Assembly (NCBI GenBank): GCA_049591595.1
Contig: JBAWFE010000045.1
Location: forward strand, 15,089-79,088
Direction: 5' to 3'
Source of the DNA: Candidatus Dormiibacterota bacterium
Lineage (GTDB): Bacteria > Chloroflexota > Dormibacteria > Aeolococcales > Bog-877
Length of the DNA: 64,000 nt
Below, piece after piece: positions 33,448 to 42,268 of the stretch (positions are counted from its first letter, which is position 1; every line of letters starts with the position of its first letter). The notes below the pieces were generated by a model. That model ran no database searches. It saw nothing but the letters and a program-made list of their open reading frames with translations, and was not told the DNA's origin. A program made the position numbers and the translations under genes.

Positions 33448-33843
33448 TTGGCGAAGAAGAAGAAGGTGGTGCGGACTCGCCGCCGCGAGCGAAAGAACAT
33501 CGCGGTGGGGCGCGCTCACGTGTTCAGCACCTTCAACAACACCATCGTGACTCTGACCGACCCGGCCGGCAACGTGATCGCCTGGGGTAGCGCAGGCTCG
33601 TCAGGGTTCAAGGGCTCTCGCAAGAGCACTCCCTTCGCCGCCCAGGTGACCGCCGAGTCGGCAGCCAAGCGGGCGATGGAGCACGGATTGAAGGCGATCG
33701 AGGTGCTGGTGAAGGGTCCCGGCGCCGGTCGCGAGGCCGCCATCCGGTCCCTGCAAGCGGCCGGGCTCGAGGTGACTTCGATCACCGATGTCACCCCAGT
33801 CCCCCACAACGGATGCCGCCCTCCCAAGCGGCGCCGGGTCTGA
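33448..33843 (+). CDS. rpsK: 30S ribosomal protein S11
   Basis: TTG start after a GAGGAG RBS. ...[16 protein letters not shown]... Confidence 0.96.
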   Translation: MAKKKKVVRTRRRERKNIAVGRAHVFSTFNNTIVTLTDPAGNVIAWGSAGSSGFKGSRKSTPFAAQVTAESAAKRAMEHGLKAIEVLVKGPGAGREAAIRSLQAAGLEVTSITDVTPVPHNGCRPPKRRRV

Positions 33844-33856
33844 GGAGCTAGCCCAG

Positions 33857-34489
33857 ATGGCCAATCCGCACCCTCCCGTCTGCCGCCTCTGCCGACGCGA
33901 GGGCGTCAAGCTTTTCCTGAAGGGAGACAAATGCCTGGGCGAGCGGTGCACCTTCACCAAGCGCAACGCCACGCCTCCAGGAATGCATGGGCTATCCCGA
34001 CGCCGGCGGATCAGCGACTACGGCATTCAGCTGCGCGCCAAGCAGCGGGGGCGCCGGGTCTTTGGGGTGCTCGAAACCCAATTTCACAACTACTTTGATG
34101 CGGCGGCGACCCGCAAGGGGGTCACCGGCACGGTGCTCTTGCAGATGCTGGAGCAACGGCTGGACAACGTCGTCTATCGAGCTGGCTTCGCTTCCTCCCG
34201 ACGCGAGGCGCGCCAGCTGGTATCGCATCGCCATTTCAAAGTTGACGGGCGGACGGTCAACATTCCTGCCTTCCAGGTGAAGTCAGGCCAGGTCATCACG
34301 GTGCGCGAGCGCAGCCGCGATCTAGAACCCATTCGGCGCTCCCTGGAGTCCCGTGGCGGCCAGGGTCTGCCCGGGTGGATGACGCTTTACCCCGATGAGC
34401 GCAGGGTGGACGTTACCCGGCTGCCGGAACGCCCGGAGATGGAAACCAGCATCGACGAGCAGCTAATCGTCGAGTACTACTCCCGCTAA
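33857..34489 (+). CDS. rpsD: 30S ribosomal protein S4 (zinc-finger type)
   Basis: ATG after a GAGGAG RBS. CRLCRREG...C..C motif. The track frame is extended to 33788. Confidence 0.95.
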   Translation: MANPHPPVCRLCRREGVKLFLKGDKCLGERCTFTKRNATPPGMHGLSRRRRISDYGIQLRAKQRGRRVFGVLETQFHNYFDAAATRKGVTGTVLLQMLEQRLDNVVYRAGFASSRREARQLVSHRHFKVDGRTVNIPAFQVKSGQVITVRERSRDLEPIRRSLESRGGQGLPGWMTLYPDERRVDVTRLPERPEMETSIDEQLIVEYYSR

Positions 34490-34532
34490 CTGACGGCGCT
34501 TCGGCCAGAGACTAACGAGGACATTGCTACAT

Positions 34533-35504
34533 ATGCCAGAGACTGCGATTCAGCCAACGGTCCATGAAGTCGACACTTCCAAGGACCACGGGCGCTTTGA
34601 GATTGAGCCACTAGAGGCCGGATACGGCACTACGCTAGGCAACTCCCTGCGACGGGTTTTGCTGTCGTCCCTGACTGGCGCGGCGGTCACGGCGGTCTCC
34701 ATCGAGGGGGTCGCGCACGAGTTTTCCAGCATCAAGTACGTCAAGGAGGACGTAGGCGAGATCCTGCTCAACATCAAGCAGTTGAGCCTCACCTGCCACA
34801 ACCCCGAGGGGGCTCGCCTATCGCTCGACGTGCAGGGTGGTCGGCGGGTAACCGCGGCCGACATCACCGCCAACGCCGACGTCGAGATCGCCAACCCGGA
34901 GCTCTACCTGTGCACCCTGGACGGGGCCCATGCCAAGCTCCGGATGGACCTCACCGTGGAGCTGGGGAAGGGGTACTCGCCGGCCGACCGCAACAAGAAA
35001 GAGGGCCAGCCGATCGGAGTGATCCCGGTCGACGCCATCTTCACCCCGGTGATCAAGGCAAACTTCCTAGTCGAGAAGACCCGCGTCGGCCAGGACACCG
35101 ACTGGGAGAAGTTGATCCTCGAGATCTGGACCAACGGCACCATTCCGCCCGTGGAAGCGGTGAGTCGGGCGGCGGAGTACTACACCCGTCACCTCAGCCT
35201 CTTCGCAACGTTTGGGGAGAGCATCACTGAGGCGGCGGTGGGAGCGATCGTCGGGACCGACCTGAAGAGTCGACTGGCCGAGGTGCCGGTCGACGAGCTG
35301 GAGCTGAGCGTGCGCGCACTCAACTGTCTCAAGGCCAACGACATCACCAAGCTTGGCGAGCTGCTGGCGATGCGGGTGGAGGAGCTGCTGGCCCTGCGCA
35401 ACTTCGGTGCCAAGTCGCTTGACGAGATCAAGCAGAAGCTGGTGGCGCGCGGCTTTGTGGCCGAGGAAGAGGTCGACGAACTCTTCCAGAAGGGAGATCG
35501 GTAG
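34533..35504 (+). CDS. rpoA: DNA-directed RNA polymerase alpha subunit
   Basis: ...FEIEPLEAGYGTTLGNSLRRVLLSSL... Alternative TTG at 34524. Confidence 0.96.
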   Translation: MPETAIQPTVHEVDTSKDHGRFEIEPLEAGYGTTLGNSLRRVLLSSLTGAAVTAVSIEGVAHEFSSIKYVKEDVGEILLNIKQLSLTCHNPEGARLSLDVQGGRRVTAADITANADVEIANPELYLCTLDGAHAKLRMDLTVELGKGYSPADRNKKEGQPIGVIPVDAIFTPVIKANFLVEKTRVGQDTDWEKLILEIWTNGTIPPVEAVSRAAEYYTRHLSLFATFGESITEAAVGAIVGTDLKSRLAEVPVDELELSVRALNCLKANDITKLGELLAMRVEELLALRNFGAKSLDEIKQKLVARGFVAEEEVDELFQKGDR

Positions 35505-35509
35505 GGGAG

Positions 35510-35863
35510 ATGCGGCACCTCAAGGCGGGCCGGAAGCTCGGACGTACCTCAGCGCACCGGATTGCGCTCACCCGCAATCTGGCGACTGCGCTGTTCGAGC
35601 ATGGCCGGATCGAGACCACCGAGGCAAAAGCCAAGGAGATCCGGCGCTGGGTCGAGCGGATGGTGACGGTCGCCAAGACCGACGACCTGGCGGCACGTAG
35701 AAGGGTGGCCCGGGTGGTGACCCGTGAGGATGTGGCGGTCAAGCTCTTCACCCAGTACGCCGACCGGTACCGCGAGCGGCCGGGGGGCTACACCAGGATT
35801 ATCCGGCGCGGCCCCCGTCAGGGTGATGGGGCGCCCGTGGTGATCATGGAGATGGTGGAATAG
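35510..35863 (+). CDS. rplQ: 50S ribosomal protein L17
   Basis: MRHLKAGRKLGRTSAHR... Confidence 0.96.
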   Translation: MRHLKAGRKLGRTSAHRIALTRNLATALFEHGRIETTEAKAKEIRRWVERMVTVAKTDDLAARRRVARVVTREDVAVKLFTQYADRYRERPGGYTRIIRRGPRQGDGAPVVIMEMVE

Positions 35864-36642
35864 TGACCACTAAAGCTGCCTCCAACTACCGGATGGTGCT
35901 GGCCTACGACGGTTCGCGCTATCACGGCTGGCAGGCCCAGTCGCAGGTCGCGACCGTTCAGGGTGAAGTGAGCCGGGTGCTGGAGGAGCTGACCTATGAG
36001 CAACCTCTGATCAAGGCGGCCGGTCGTACCGATGCGGGGGCCCACGCCCACGGACAGGTGATCTCCTTCAGCCTTCGCTCGGCATGGACTCCAGGAGCGC
36101 TAAAGGGTGGCTGCAACGCCCGCCTTCCGGAGGACATCGGCGTGTTGGAGACGACTCTGGTGGACCCCGGCTTCCATCCCCGATGGCAGGCCTGGCGTCG
36201 CACCTACCGTTACCTGGTGCGGGGCCCATCCACCGCCGCCCCGCTGGGCCGCCAGTACGAGTGGAGGGTCCGTAACTCGCTCGAGCTCTCCCCGATGCGC
36301 GCCGGGGCCCGACTCTTGCTCGGAACCCACGACTTCGCGGGGTTCGGCTCCAGCCCTTTCCCGTCCGGGTCGACGACCAGGACGGTGGACCGGGCCGAGA
36401 TCATCGTGCAAGACGGGGTGGTGATCATCGAGGTCCGAGCCGACGCGTTCTTGAAGGGCATGATGCGTAACTTTGCCGGGGCGCTGGTGGCGGTGGGAGC
36501 GGGACGGGCTACGGTAGCTGAGCTGGCCAGTGCGCTCCATGAGCCAGGTCACATGAGCCCTAGCTGGGAGACGGCCCCCGCCCGCGGACTGCATCAGTGG
36601 CAGGTCGAGTACCGGGCGTCGGTCGCGAAGGTGCAGATGTGA
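35863..36642 (+). CDS. truA: tRNA pseudouridine(38-40) synthase
   Basis: ...LAYDGSRYHGWQ...GRTDAGAHA... 259 aa. Confidence 0.9.
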   Translation: MTTKAASNYRMVLAYDGSRYHGWQAQSQVATVQGEVSRVLEELTYEQPLIKAAGRTDAGAHAHGQVISFSLRSAWTPGALKGGCNARLPEDIGVLETTLVDPGFHPRWQAWRRTYRYLVRGPSTAAPLGRQYEWRVRNSLELSPMRAGARLLLGTHDFAGFGSSPFPSGSTTRTVDRAEIIVQDGVVIIEVRADAFLKGMMRNFAGALVAVGAGRATVAELASALHEPGHMSPSWETAPARGLHQWQVEYRASVAKVQM

Positions 36643-37109
36643 GCACGGTCGCCCAGAAGAGCTTTGTCGCAGTGGAGAAGCCCGGCGAGGAGGAGTGGGT
36701 GCTGGTGGACGCCCGGGGCGAGACCCTGGGTCGGCTGGCGGTGAACCTGGCCCGGGTGCTGCGGGGCAAGCACCGTCCCAGCTACACGCCCCACGCGCTG
36801 TGCGGAGATCAAGTGATCGTCATCAACGCCTCGGAGATCGTGGTCACCGGGGCCAAGCGCACCGACAAGATCTACGATCGCTACAGCGGCTACCCGGGGG
36901 GCCGGAAAGAGCGCACCTACCAGGAATTGGTAGATCGCGATCCGACCGCTCCCTTGCGGGAGGCGGTGCGGGGGATGCTGCAGCACAATAACCTCGGTGA
37001 CCGCCAACTGCGGCGGCTCAAGATTTACCCGGGCAGCGATCACCCCCACGTGGCCCAGCAGCCGGTGGAGATCAGGTTCGGTGACCACGCAGAGGTAGTG
37101 AAGCTTTGA
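36639..37109 (+). CDS. rplM: 50S ribosomal protein L13
   Basis: GTGA overlap with truA. ...WVLVDARGETLGRLAVNLARVLRGKH... The track frame is extended to 36597. Confidence 0.94.
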   Translation: MSTVAQKSFVAVEKPGEEEWVLVDARGETLGRLAVNLARVLRGKHRPSYTPHALCGDQVIVINASEIVVTGAKRTDKIYDRYSGYPGGRKERTYQELVDRDPTAPLREAVRGMLQHNNLGDRQLRRLKIYPGSDHPHVAQQPVEIRFGDHAEVVKL

Positions 37110-37510
37110 CCGAGCAGGACCAGACCCGGTACTCGTACGGCACCGGCCGGCGTAAGACGGCTGTCGCGCGGGTGCGAATCTATCCTGGCGACGGGACGGC
37201 GGTCATCAACGATCGGGAGCCGCTCCGACACTTCGGACGGCGGGAGTTGGAGCAGGCGGCCCTGCGTCCCCTTGAGGTTTCGGGGATGACCGATCGCTTT
37301 CGGATCTCGGTGAAGGTCGTCGGCGGTGGGGTGTCGGGGCAGGCAGGGGCGGTCGCTCACGGATTGGCGCGGGCCCTTTGCGCCTTCGACCCCGAACTGC
37401 GCGGTCCTTTGAAGGCGGCCGGTCTGATGACCCGCGATCCCCGGATGAAGGAGCGCAAGAAGCCCGGCCTGAAGCGAGCCCGTAAAGCTCCCCAGTACAC
37501 CAAGCGCTGA
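37106..37510 (+). CDS. rpsI: 30S ribosomal protein S9
   Basis: TTGA overlap. ...YGTGRRKTAVARV... Confidence 0.95.
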   Translation: MTEQDQTRYSYGTGRRKTAVARVRIYPGDGTAVINDREPLRHFGRRELEQAALRPLEVSGMTDRFRISVKVVGGGVSGQAGAVAHGLARALCAFDPELRGPLKAAGLMTRDPRMKERKKPGLKRARKAPQYTKR

Positions 37511-37585
37511 AACTACCCTTACACCCACCCGTTCCAATATCGGTCCCACCGCCCAGGTGGGGTCCCAACCCTGCCATGGGGTGAA

Positions 37586-38476
37586 GTGAGCCAGGACCTG
37601 CGCGGCCGCGACCTGCTCGCGGTATCCGACCTCAGCCGGGAGGAACTCCTGGCGCTGCTGGATACCGCTGCCCAGCTGAAGCGTGGCCGTGATCCGGGGA
37701 CCCCTTTGGCCCGGAACTCGGTGGCGATGATCTTCCTGCGGCCCAGCAATCGGACCAGGGTTTCCTTCGAGGCAGCGGTGCATCGCCTGGGCGGACATCC
37801 CATCTCTCTGTTCGACCGCGAGATCGACATGGGGCGGCGCGAGTCGGTGGCCGACGTCGGACGCATCCTCGACCGATTCGTGGTCGGGCTGGTGGCCCGC
37901 ATTCCGTCCGACCGTGACCTGCGTGGCCTGGCCCGGGCGATGGAAGGGCCGGTCATCAACGCCATGACCGACCGCGGTCACCCCTGCCAGGTGCTGGCCG
38001 ACTGCTTGACCGTCCAGGAGCAGCTGGGGCACCTGGAAGGGGCCCGGATCACCTTCGTCGGCGACGGCAACAACGTATGCAGCTCGCTGATGGAGGCGGC
38101 GGAGGTGGTGGGGCTGGACCTCCGCGTGGTCACCCCCCCGGGATACGCGCCAGCCTACCCGACCTCGGATCTCGAGTCGGCGCTGGCGGACACCGAGATC
38201 ATCTACACCGATGTCTGGACCTCGATGGGCCAGGAAGAGCAGCATGAGGATCGGCGCGAGGACTTTGGCCCCTACCAGGTGAACCAGTCCCTGCTGGGCA
38301 AGGCCCCCAAGAGCGCCAAGGTCATGCACTGCCTACCTGCCCACCGCGGCGAGGAGATCACCGATGAGGTCCTCGACGGACCCCAATCGGTGGTGTTCGC
38401 CCAGGCGGAGAACCGATTCTGGGTCCAGCTGGCCCTGCTGCTGGGCATCTTCGCCCCCGAGCCTGGAGCGCGATGA
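37586..38476 (+). CDS. Ornithine-carbamoyltransferase-family protein (transcarbamylase fold; exact substrate uncertain)
   Basis: SNRTR (variant of STRTR), HPCQ, DVWTSMG (DxxxSMG) and HCLPAHRGEE motifs. 296 aa. GTG start. Confidence 0.8.
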   Translation: MSQDLRGRDLLAVSDLSREELLALLDTAAQLKRGRDPGTPLARNSVAMIFLRPSNRTRVSFEAAVHRLGGHPISLFDREIDMGRRESVADVGRILDRFVVGLVARIPSDRDLRGLARAMEGPVINAMTDRGHPCQVLADCLTVQEQLGHLEGARITFVGDGNNVCSSLMEAAEVVGLDLRVVTPPGYAPAYPTSDLESALADTEIIYTDVWTSMGQEEQHEDRREDFGPYQVNQSLLGKAPKSAKVMHCLPAHRGEEITDEVLDGPQSVVFAQAENRFWVQLALLLGIFAPEPGAR

Positions 38477-39372
38477 CCGAGCTCGGGTGGCTGGTTGGCA
38501 GCCTCAACGTTGGGCAAGCGGCCCGAGTGCTCCTGCAGACGGTGGGCTGGAGAACCGTCCTCGACATCCTGATCATCGCCTTCCTGGCGTACCGGCTTCT
38601 GGTGCTGATCCGGGGAACGCAGGCGGTGCAGCTGCTGCTTGGGCTGCTCTTGCTGGGGGCACTGGGAGCCTTGGCTTACATCCTCAACCTGCCGGTACTG
38701 AAGTTCCTGTTCAGCAATGGCGGCGAGGTAATCGTGATCGCGGTCGTGATCCTCTTTCAGCCTGAGCTGCGCCGGGCGCTGGACCAGATGGGCCGGCTCG
38801 GCAGAATCCGACCGGGGCTCCTGGCCCCGGAGACTGCCGAGCTCAAGCGCGACGTCGACGAGGTGGTCCGCGCGGCCATGCGGCTGGCGGAGGCGGCCAC
38901 CGGGGCCCTGATCGTCCTACAGGGCGACATTGGGCTGGAGGAGATCGCGGCGACCGGGGTCCGGATGGATGCCATCCTGAGCGCGGAGACCTTGGTGACG
39001 GTCTTCACCTACCGGTCGCCGCTGCACGACGGCGCGGCGCTGCTCCGGGCTGGCCGGATCGTCTCCGCGGGTTGTGTGTTGCCCTTAGCAGAACAGACGG
39101 GAGCCCAGGGCCGGGTGGGTACCCGCCATCGCGCAGCTATGGGACTGAGCCAGGCGACCGACGCCGCGGTCGTGATCGTCTCCGAGGAATCTGGCCGGGT
39201 GAGCCTGGCGCTCGGGGGCGAACTGCAGCGAGAGTTGGACGTAGATGCCCTCACCAATCGACTGGGCGCCTTCTACCGGCTGCCGCTTTACGAACGCCAT
39301 CGACGCAGTCTCCGGCTCTTGGGGCGAGGCTCCAAGGAGCCCGCCGCGGCACCCGGGGTGGAGCGGCCATGA
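38473..39372 (+). CDS. cdaA: Diadenylate cyclase CdaA (membrane-anchored DAC domain)
   Basis: Three N-terminal TM helices, then DAC motifs (...HDGA..., ...GTRHRAA..., VSEESG). ATGA overlap with the upstream gene. Confidence 0.88.
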   Translation: MTELGWLVGSLNVGQAARVLLQTVGWRTVLDILIIAFLAYRLLVLIRGTQAVQLLLGLLLLGALGALAYILNLPVLKFLFSNGGEVIVIAVVILFQPELRRALDQMGRLGRIRPGLLAPETAELKRDVDEVVRAAMRLAEAATGALIVLQGDIGLEEIAATGVRMDAILSAETLVTVFTYRSPLHDGAALLRAGRIVSAGCVLPLAEQTGAQGRVGTRHRAAMGLSQATDAAVVIVSEESGRVSLALGGELQRELDVDALTNRLGAFYRLPLYERHRRSLRLLGRGSKEPAAAPGVERP

Positions 39373-40352
39373 ACGCGCGTCTCCCCAAGCTGATCACCCG
39401 CAATTTCCGGCTCAAGCTGATTGCGGTGGTGGTGGCCTGCGGAATGTGGGTGGGGGTGGTCTACGCGAGCGACCCGCCCGCGATCGTCACTTACAGCGTT
39501 CACGTTCAGCCGGGTGGGGCCCTTCGGTCCGGCCTGGTTCTCCTGGATGCCATCAGCCCGGTCGACGTGAAGATCGCGGGGGTCGCCAGCAACGTCAGGA
39601 GTGACGAGGTGGCGAGTCGCCTGTCCGCGGTCGCCGACCTGAGCCAGATCACCAAGCCGGGGGTTTACTACGTGAACCTCAAGGTGGAGCAGACCGACGA
39701 CAGTGTCTGGATCTGGTCGGCTCCGAAGAAGGTGCAGGTGAAGATTGACCACGTGTCTACTCGGACGATTCCAGTGCACCTCACGGTTACCGCGGCGCCA
39801 CCGGTGGGCTCCGTGCTGAACCTGGCCCAGACCACGATCACCCCGGCCGATGTGAGCGTGCGGGGCCCTGAGAGTGTGCTGGCGAACCTCCAGGCGGAGG
39901 CGATCGTCAACCTCTCGACTTATCGGACCTCTCTGCCAATTCCCAAGACGGTGAAGCTCATAAACACAGACGGCCACAATGCCGAGCTGACCGTGACCCC
40001 CTCTGCTGTCAGCGTCGGAGTGGTGATCACTTCGGAGAACACCGAGCGAGTGCTGCCGGTCACTCCCACGTTCTCAGGGAACGGAGAGCCGGCCTCGGGC
40101 TACATGATCACTGGCATCGTGGTGACGCCAGCCACCGTGATCGCGACCGGCCCCTCATCGGTGCTAACGGCCCTCACTTCAGTCAACACCCAGCCGATCG
40201 ACTTGGCCCACGTCACCTCCAGTGAGACGGTCAGCGAGCAGCTGGTCACGGCGAGCGGGACGTCCCTCTCGACCACCTTTGTCAGCGTCGTCATCACCAT
40301 TGCCCCGGTCCCTTCGCCAACACCCACCCCGACCCCGACGCCCGCACCTTGA
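39369..40352 (+). CDS. cdaR: CdaA regulatory protein CdaR (YbbR-like domains), N-terminal TM anchor, C-terminal (PT)n tail
   Basis: ATGA overlap with cdaA. MNARLPKLITRNFRLKLIAVVVA... then repeated beta-rich YbbR-like segments. The track frame is artefactually extended to 39072. Confidence 0.75.
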   Translation: MNARLPKLITRNFRLKLIAVVVACGMWVGVVYASDPPAIVTYSVHVQPGGALRSGLVLLDAISPVDVKIAGVASNVRSDEVASRLSAVADLSQITKPGVYYVNLKVEQTDDSVWIWSAPKKVQVKIDHVSTRTIPVHLTVTAAPPVGSVLNLAQTTITPADVSVRGPESVLANLQAEAIVNLSTYRTSLPIPKTVKLINTDGHNAELTVTPSAVSVGVVITSENTERVLPVTPTFSGNGEPASGYMITGIVVTPATVIATGPSSVLTALTSVNTQPIDLAHVTSSETVSEQLVTASGTSLSTTFVSVVITIAPVPSPTPTPTPTPAP

Positions 40353-40435
40353 GCCGACGCGGAGTAACCTGACACGATCCAGGGTCGTTTGAGGTGGCGT
40401 GGGGTCGACCGCAGTGGGAGGTAGGTAGCCAGACT

Positions 40436-42268
40436 GTGTGCGGGATCATCGGCTACCTGGGCCCCCGCCCTGCGGCTCCGGTGCTGCTCGACAGCTTGCA
40501 GCGGCTCGAGTACCGGGGCTATGACTCGGCGGGAGTCGTGGTAGTGGAGGCTGACGGCACCGCTACCGCGCTCAAGGCTCCGGGCAAAGTCGAGGCGCTG
40601 CTGGCCGCAAGCCAGGGCATGGAGATCCGTGGTCGCGTGGGAATGGGCCATACCCGCTGGGCTACCCACGGCCGCCCGTCCTACGCCAACGCCCATCCCC
40701 ACAGCGACTGCACCGGCCGGTTCTTTGTGATCCACAACGGGATCATCGAGAACTTCGCCACCCTCAAGCACGAGCTGGTGGAGGCCGGTCATGAATTCAC
40801 CTCAGACACCGACAGCGAGGTGGTTCCGCATCTGATCGAGCATTACTACGCCGGTGATCTGGTGGCTGCCACTCGTCGGGCATTGGGTCGCCTCTCGGGC
40901 GCCTATGCCTTGGTGGTGCTCAGCTCGACCGACCCGGACACTCTCATCGGTGCCCGACTCAACGCCCCGCTGATTGTCGGCGTCGGCCGCGATGAGTGGT
41001 TCCTCAGCTCCGACTTGACCGCGATCATTCCTTACACCAAACAGGCGCTGGTCCTGGGTGAGGGAGACATGGCGGTGCTGAGTCCGGTCGGTCCGGTGAT
41101 CAGCTCGATTGTCGACGGGACCGAGTCAGTACCGCGAGTGGTCCGGGTGGACTGGGATGTGATCCAGGCGGAGCGGGGGGGATTCCCGAGCTTCATGGCC
41201 AAAGAGATCAACGAGCAGCCGGCCGCGCTGGAGAACGCCCTGCGCGGCCGCCTTCTAGGCGACGGCAAGGTCGAGTTCGCCGACTGGGCGCTGGACGACT
41301 CCGTCATCAAGTCCTTTGAGCGCGTCCAGATCGTGGGTACCGGCACCGCCTACATCGCGGGGCTCCTCACCAAATACGCCATCGAGGATCTCACGGGACT
41401 GCCGGTCGCGGTCGACGTGGCCTCGGAGTGGCGCTACCGACCCCAACCGCCGGACGGGAAGACCCTGATGGTCGCGATCTCGCAGTCCGGGGAGACGGCG
41501 GATACTCTCGCGGCCGCCCGGCTGGCCCGCACGGAGGGCAGTCACCTACTGGCCTTGACCAATGTGGTCGGGAGCACCCTTTCGCTGGAAGCGGACGCGG
41601 TCATCAACATGCACGCCGGACCGGAGGTCTGCGTGGTGGCGACGAAGACCTTCGTCAACCAGGTGGGCTGTGGGCTGTTGCTGGCGATGAAGTTGGCCCA
41701 GGCCCGAGGCTCAGTGCCAGAGGCGGACCGGCGGGAGTTGGGCGCCGCCTTACGAGCGGTCCCCGCGGTACAGCGCCAGATCCTGGAGCTTGAGGACTCC
41801 ATCGCCCCCTTGGGCAAGTGGCTCTCCGGCTACCAGTCGGCACTCTATGTAGGCAGGGGGTACAACTATCCAGCCGCGATGGAGGCGGCCCTCAAGCTGA
41901 AGGAGGTTTCTTACGTCCATGCTGAGGCCCTGCCGGCGGGAGAGCTGAAGCACGGCCCGATCGCGCTCCTGGACCCCGGCATGCCGGTGGTTGCCTTCGC
42001 CACTGAGTCTCTGACCCGCGAGAAGATCCGCAGCAATGTTCAGGAAGCCCGGGCCCGCCAAAGTCCGATCCTGGCGATCATCAACGACGGGGACTCGACC
42101 ATGGAGGGCGTCGCGGACCATGTGATCAAAGTGCCCCGCCTGCCCGAGATGATCGCTCCTTTAGCAACTGCCTTGGTGGGGCAGTTGCTGGCCTACCATT
42201 CCGCTATGAGCAAGGAATTAGACGTGGACCGGCCCAGGAATCTGGCCAAGTCCGTCACCGTCGAGTGA
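40436..42268 (+). CDS. glmS: Glutamine--fructose-6-phosphate aminotransferase
   Basis: GTG immediately before the catalytic Cys (CGIIGY). SIS domains. C-terminal ...KSVTVE. The track frame opens at 40394. Confidence 0.95.
   Translation: MCGIIGYLGPRPAAPVLLDSLQRLEYRGYDSAGVVVVEADGTATALKAPGKVEALLAASQGMEIRGRVGMGHTRWATHGRPSYANAHPHSDCTGRFFVIHNGIIENFATLKHELVEAGHEFTSDTDSEVVPHLIEHYYAGDLVAATRRALGRLSGAYALVVLSSTDPDTLIGARLNAPLIVGVGRDEWFLSSDLTAIIPYTKQALVLGEGDMAVLSPVGPVISSIVDGTESVPRVVRVDWDVIQAERGGFPSFMAKEINEQPAALENALRGRLLGDGKVEFADWALDDSVIKSFERVQIVGTGTAYIAGLLTKYAIEDLTGLPVAVDVASEWRYRPQPPDGKTLMVAISQSGETADTLAAARLARTEGSHLLALTNVVGSTLSLEADAVINMHAGPEVCVVATKTFVNQVGCGLLLAMKLAQARGSVPEADRRELGAALRAVPAVQRQILELEDSIAPLGKWLSGYQSALYVGRGYNYPAAMEAALKLKEVSYVHAEALPAGELKHGPIALLDPGMPVVAFATESLTREKIRSNVQEARARQSPILAIINDGDSTMEGVADHVIKVPRLPEMIAPLATALVGQLLAYHSAMSKELDVDRPRNLAKSVTVE

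Noticed and set aside
37040-38329. 429-aa minus-strand ORF spanning rplM/rpsI/the OTCase-like gene
   Set aside because: It overlaps three well-supported plus-strand genes and has junk-like composition.
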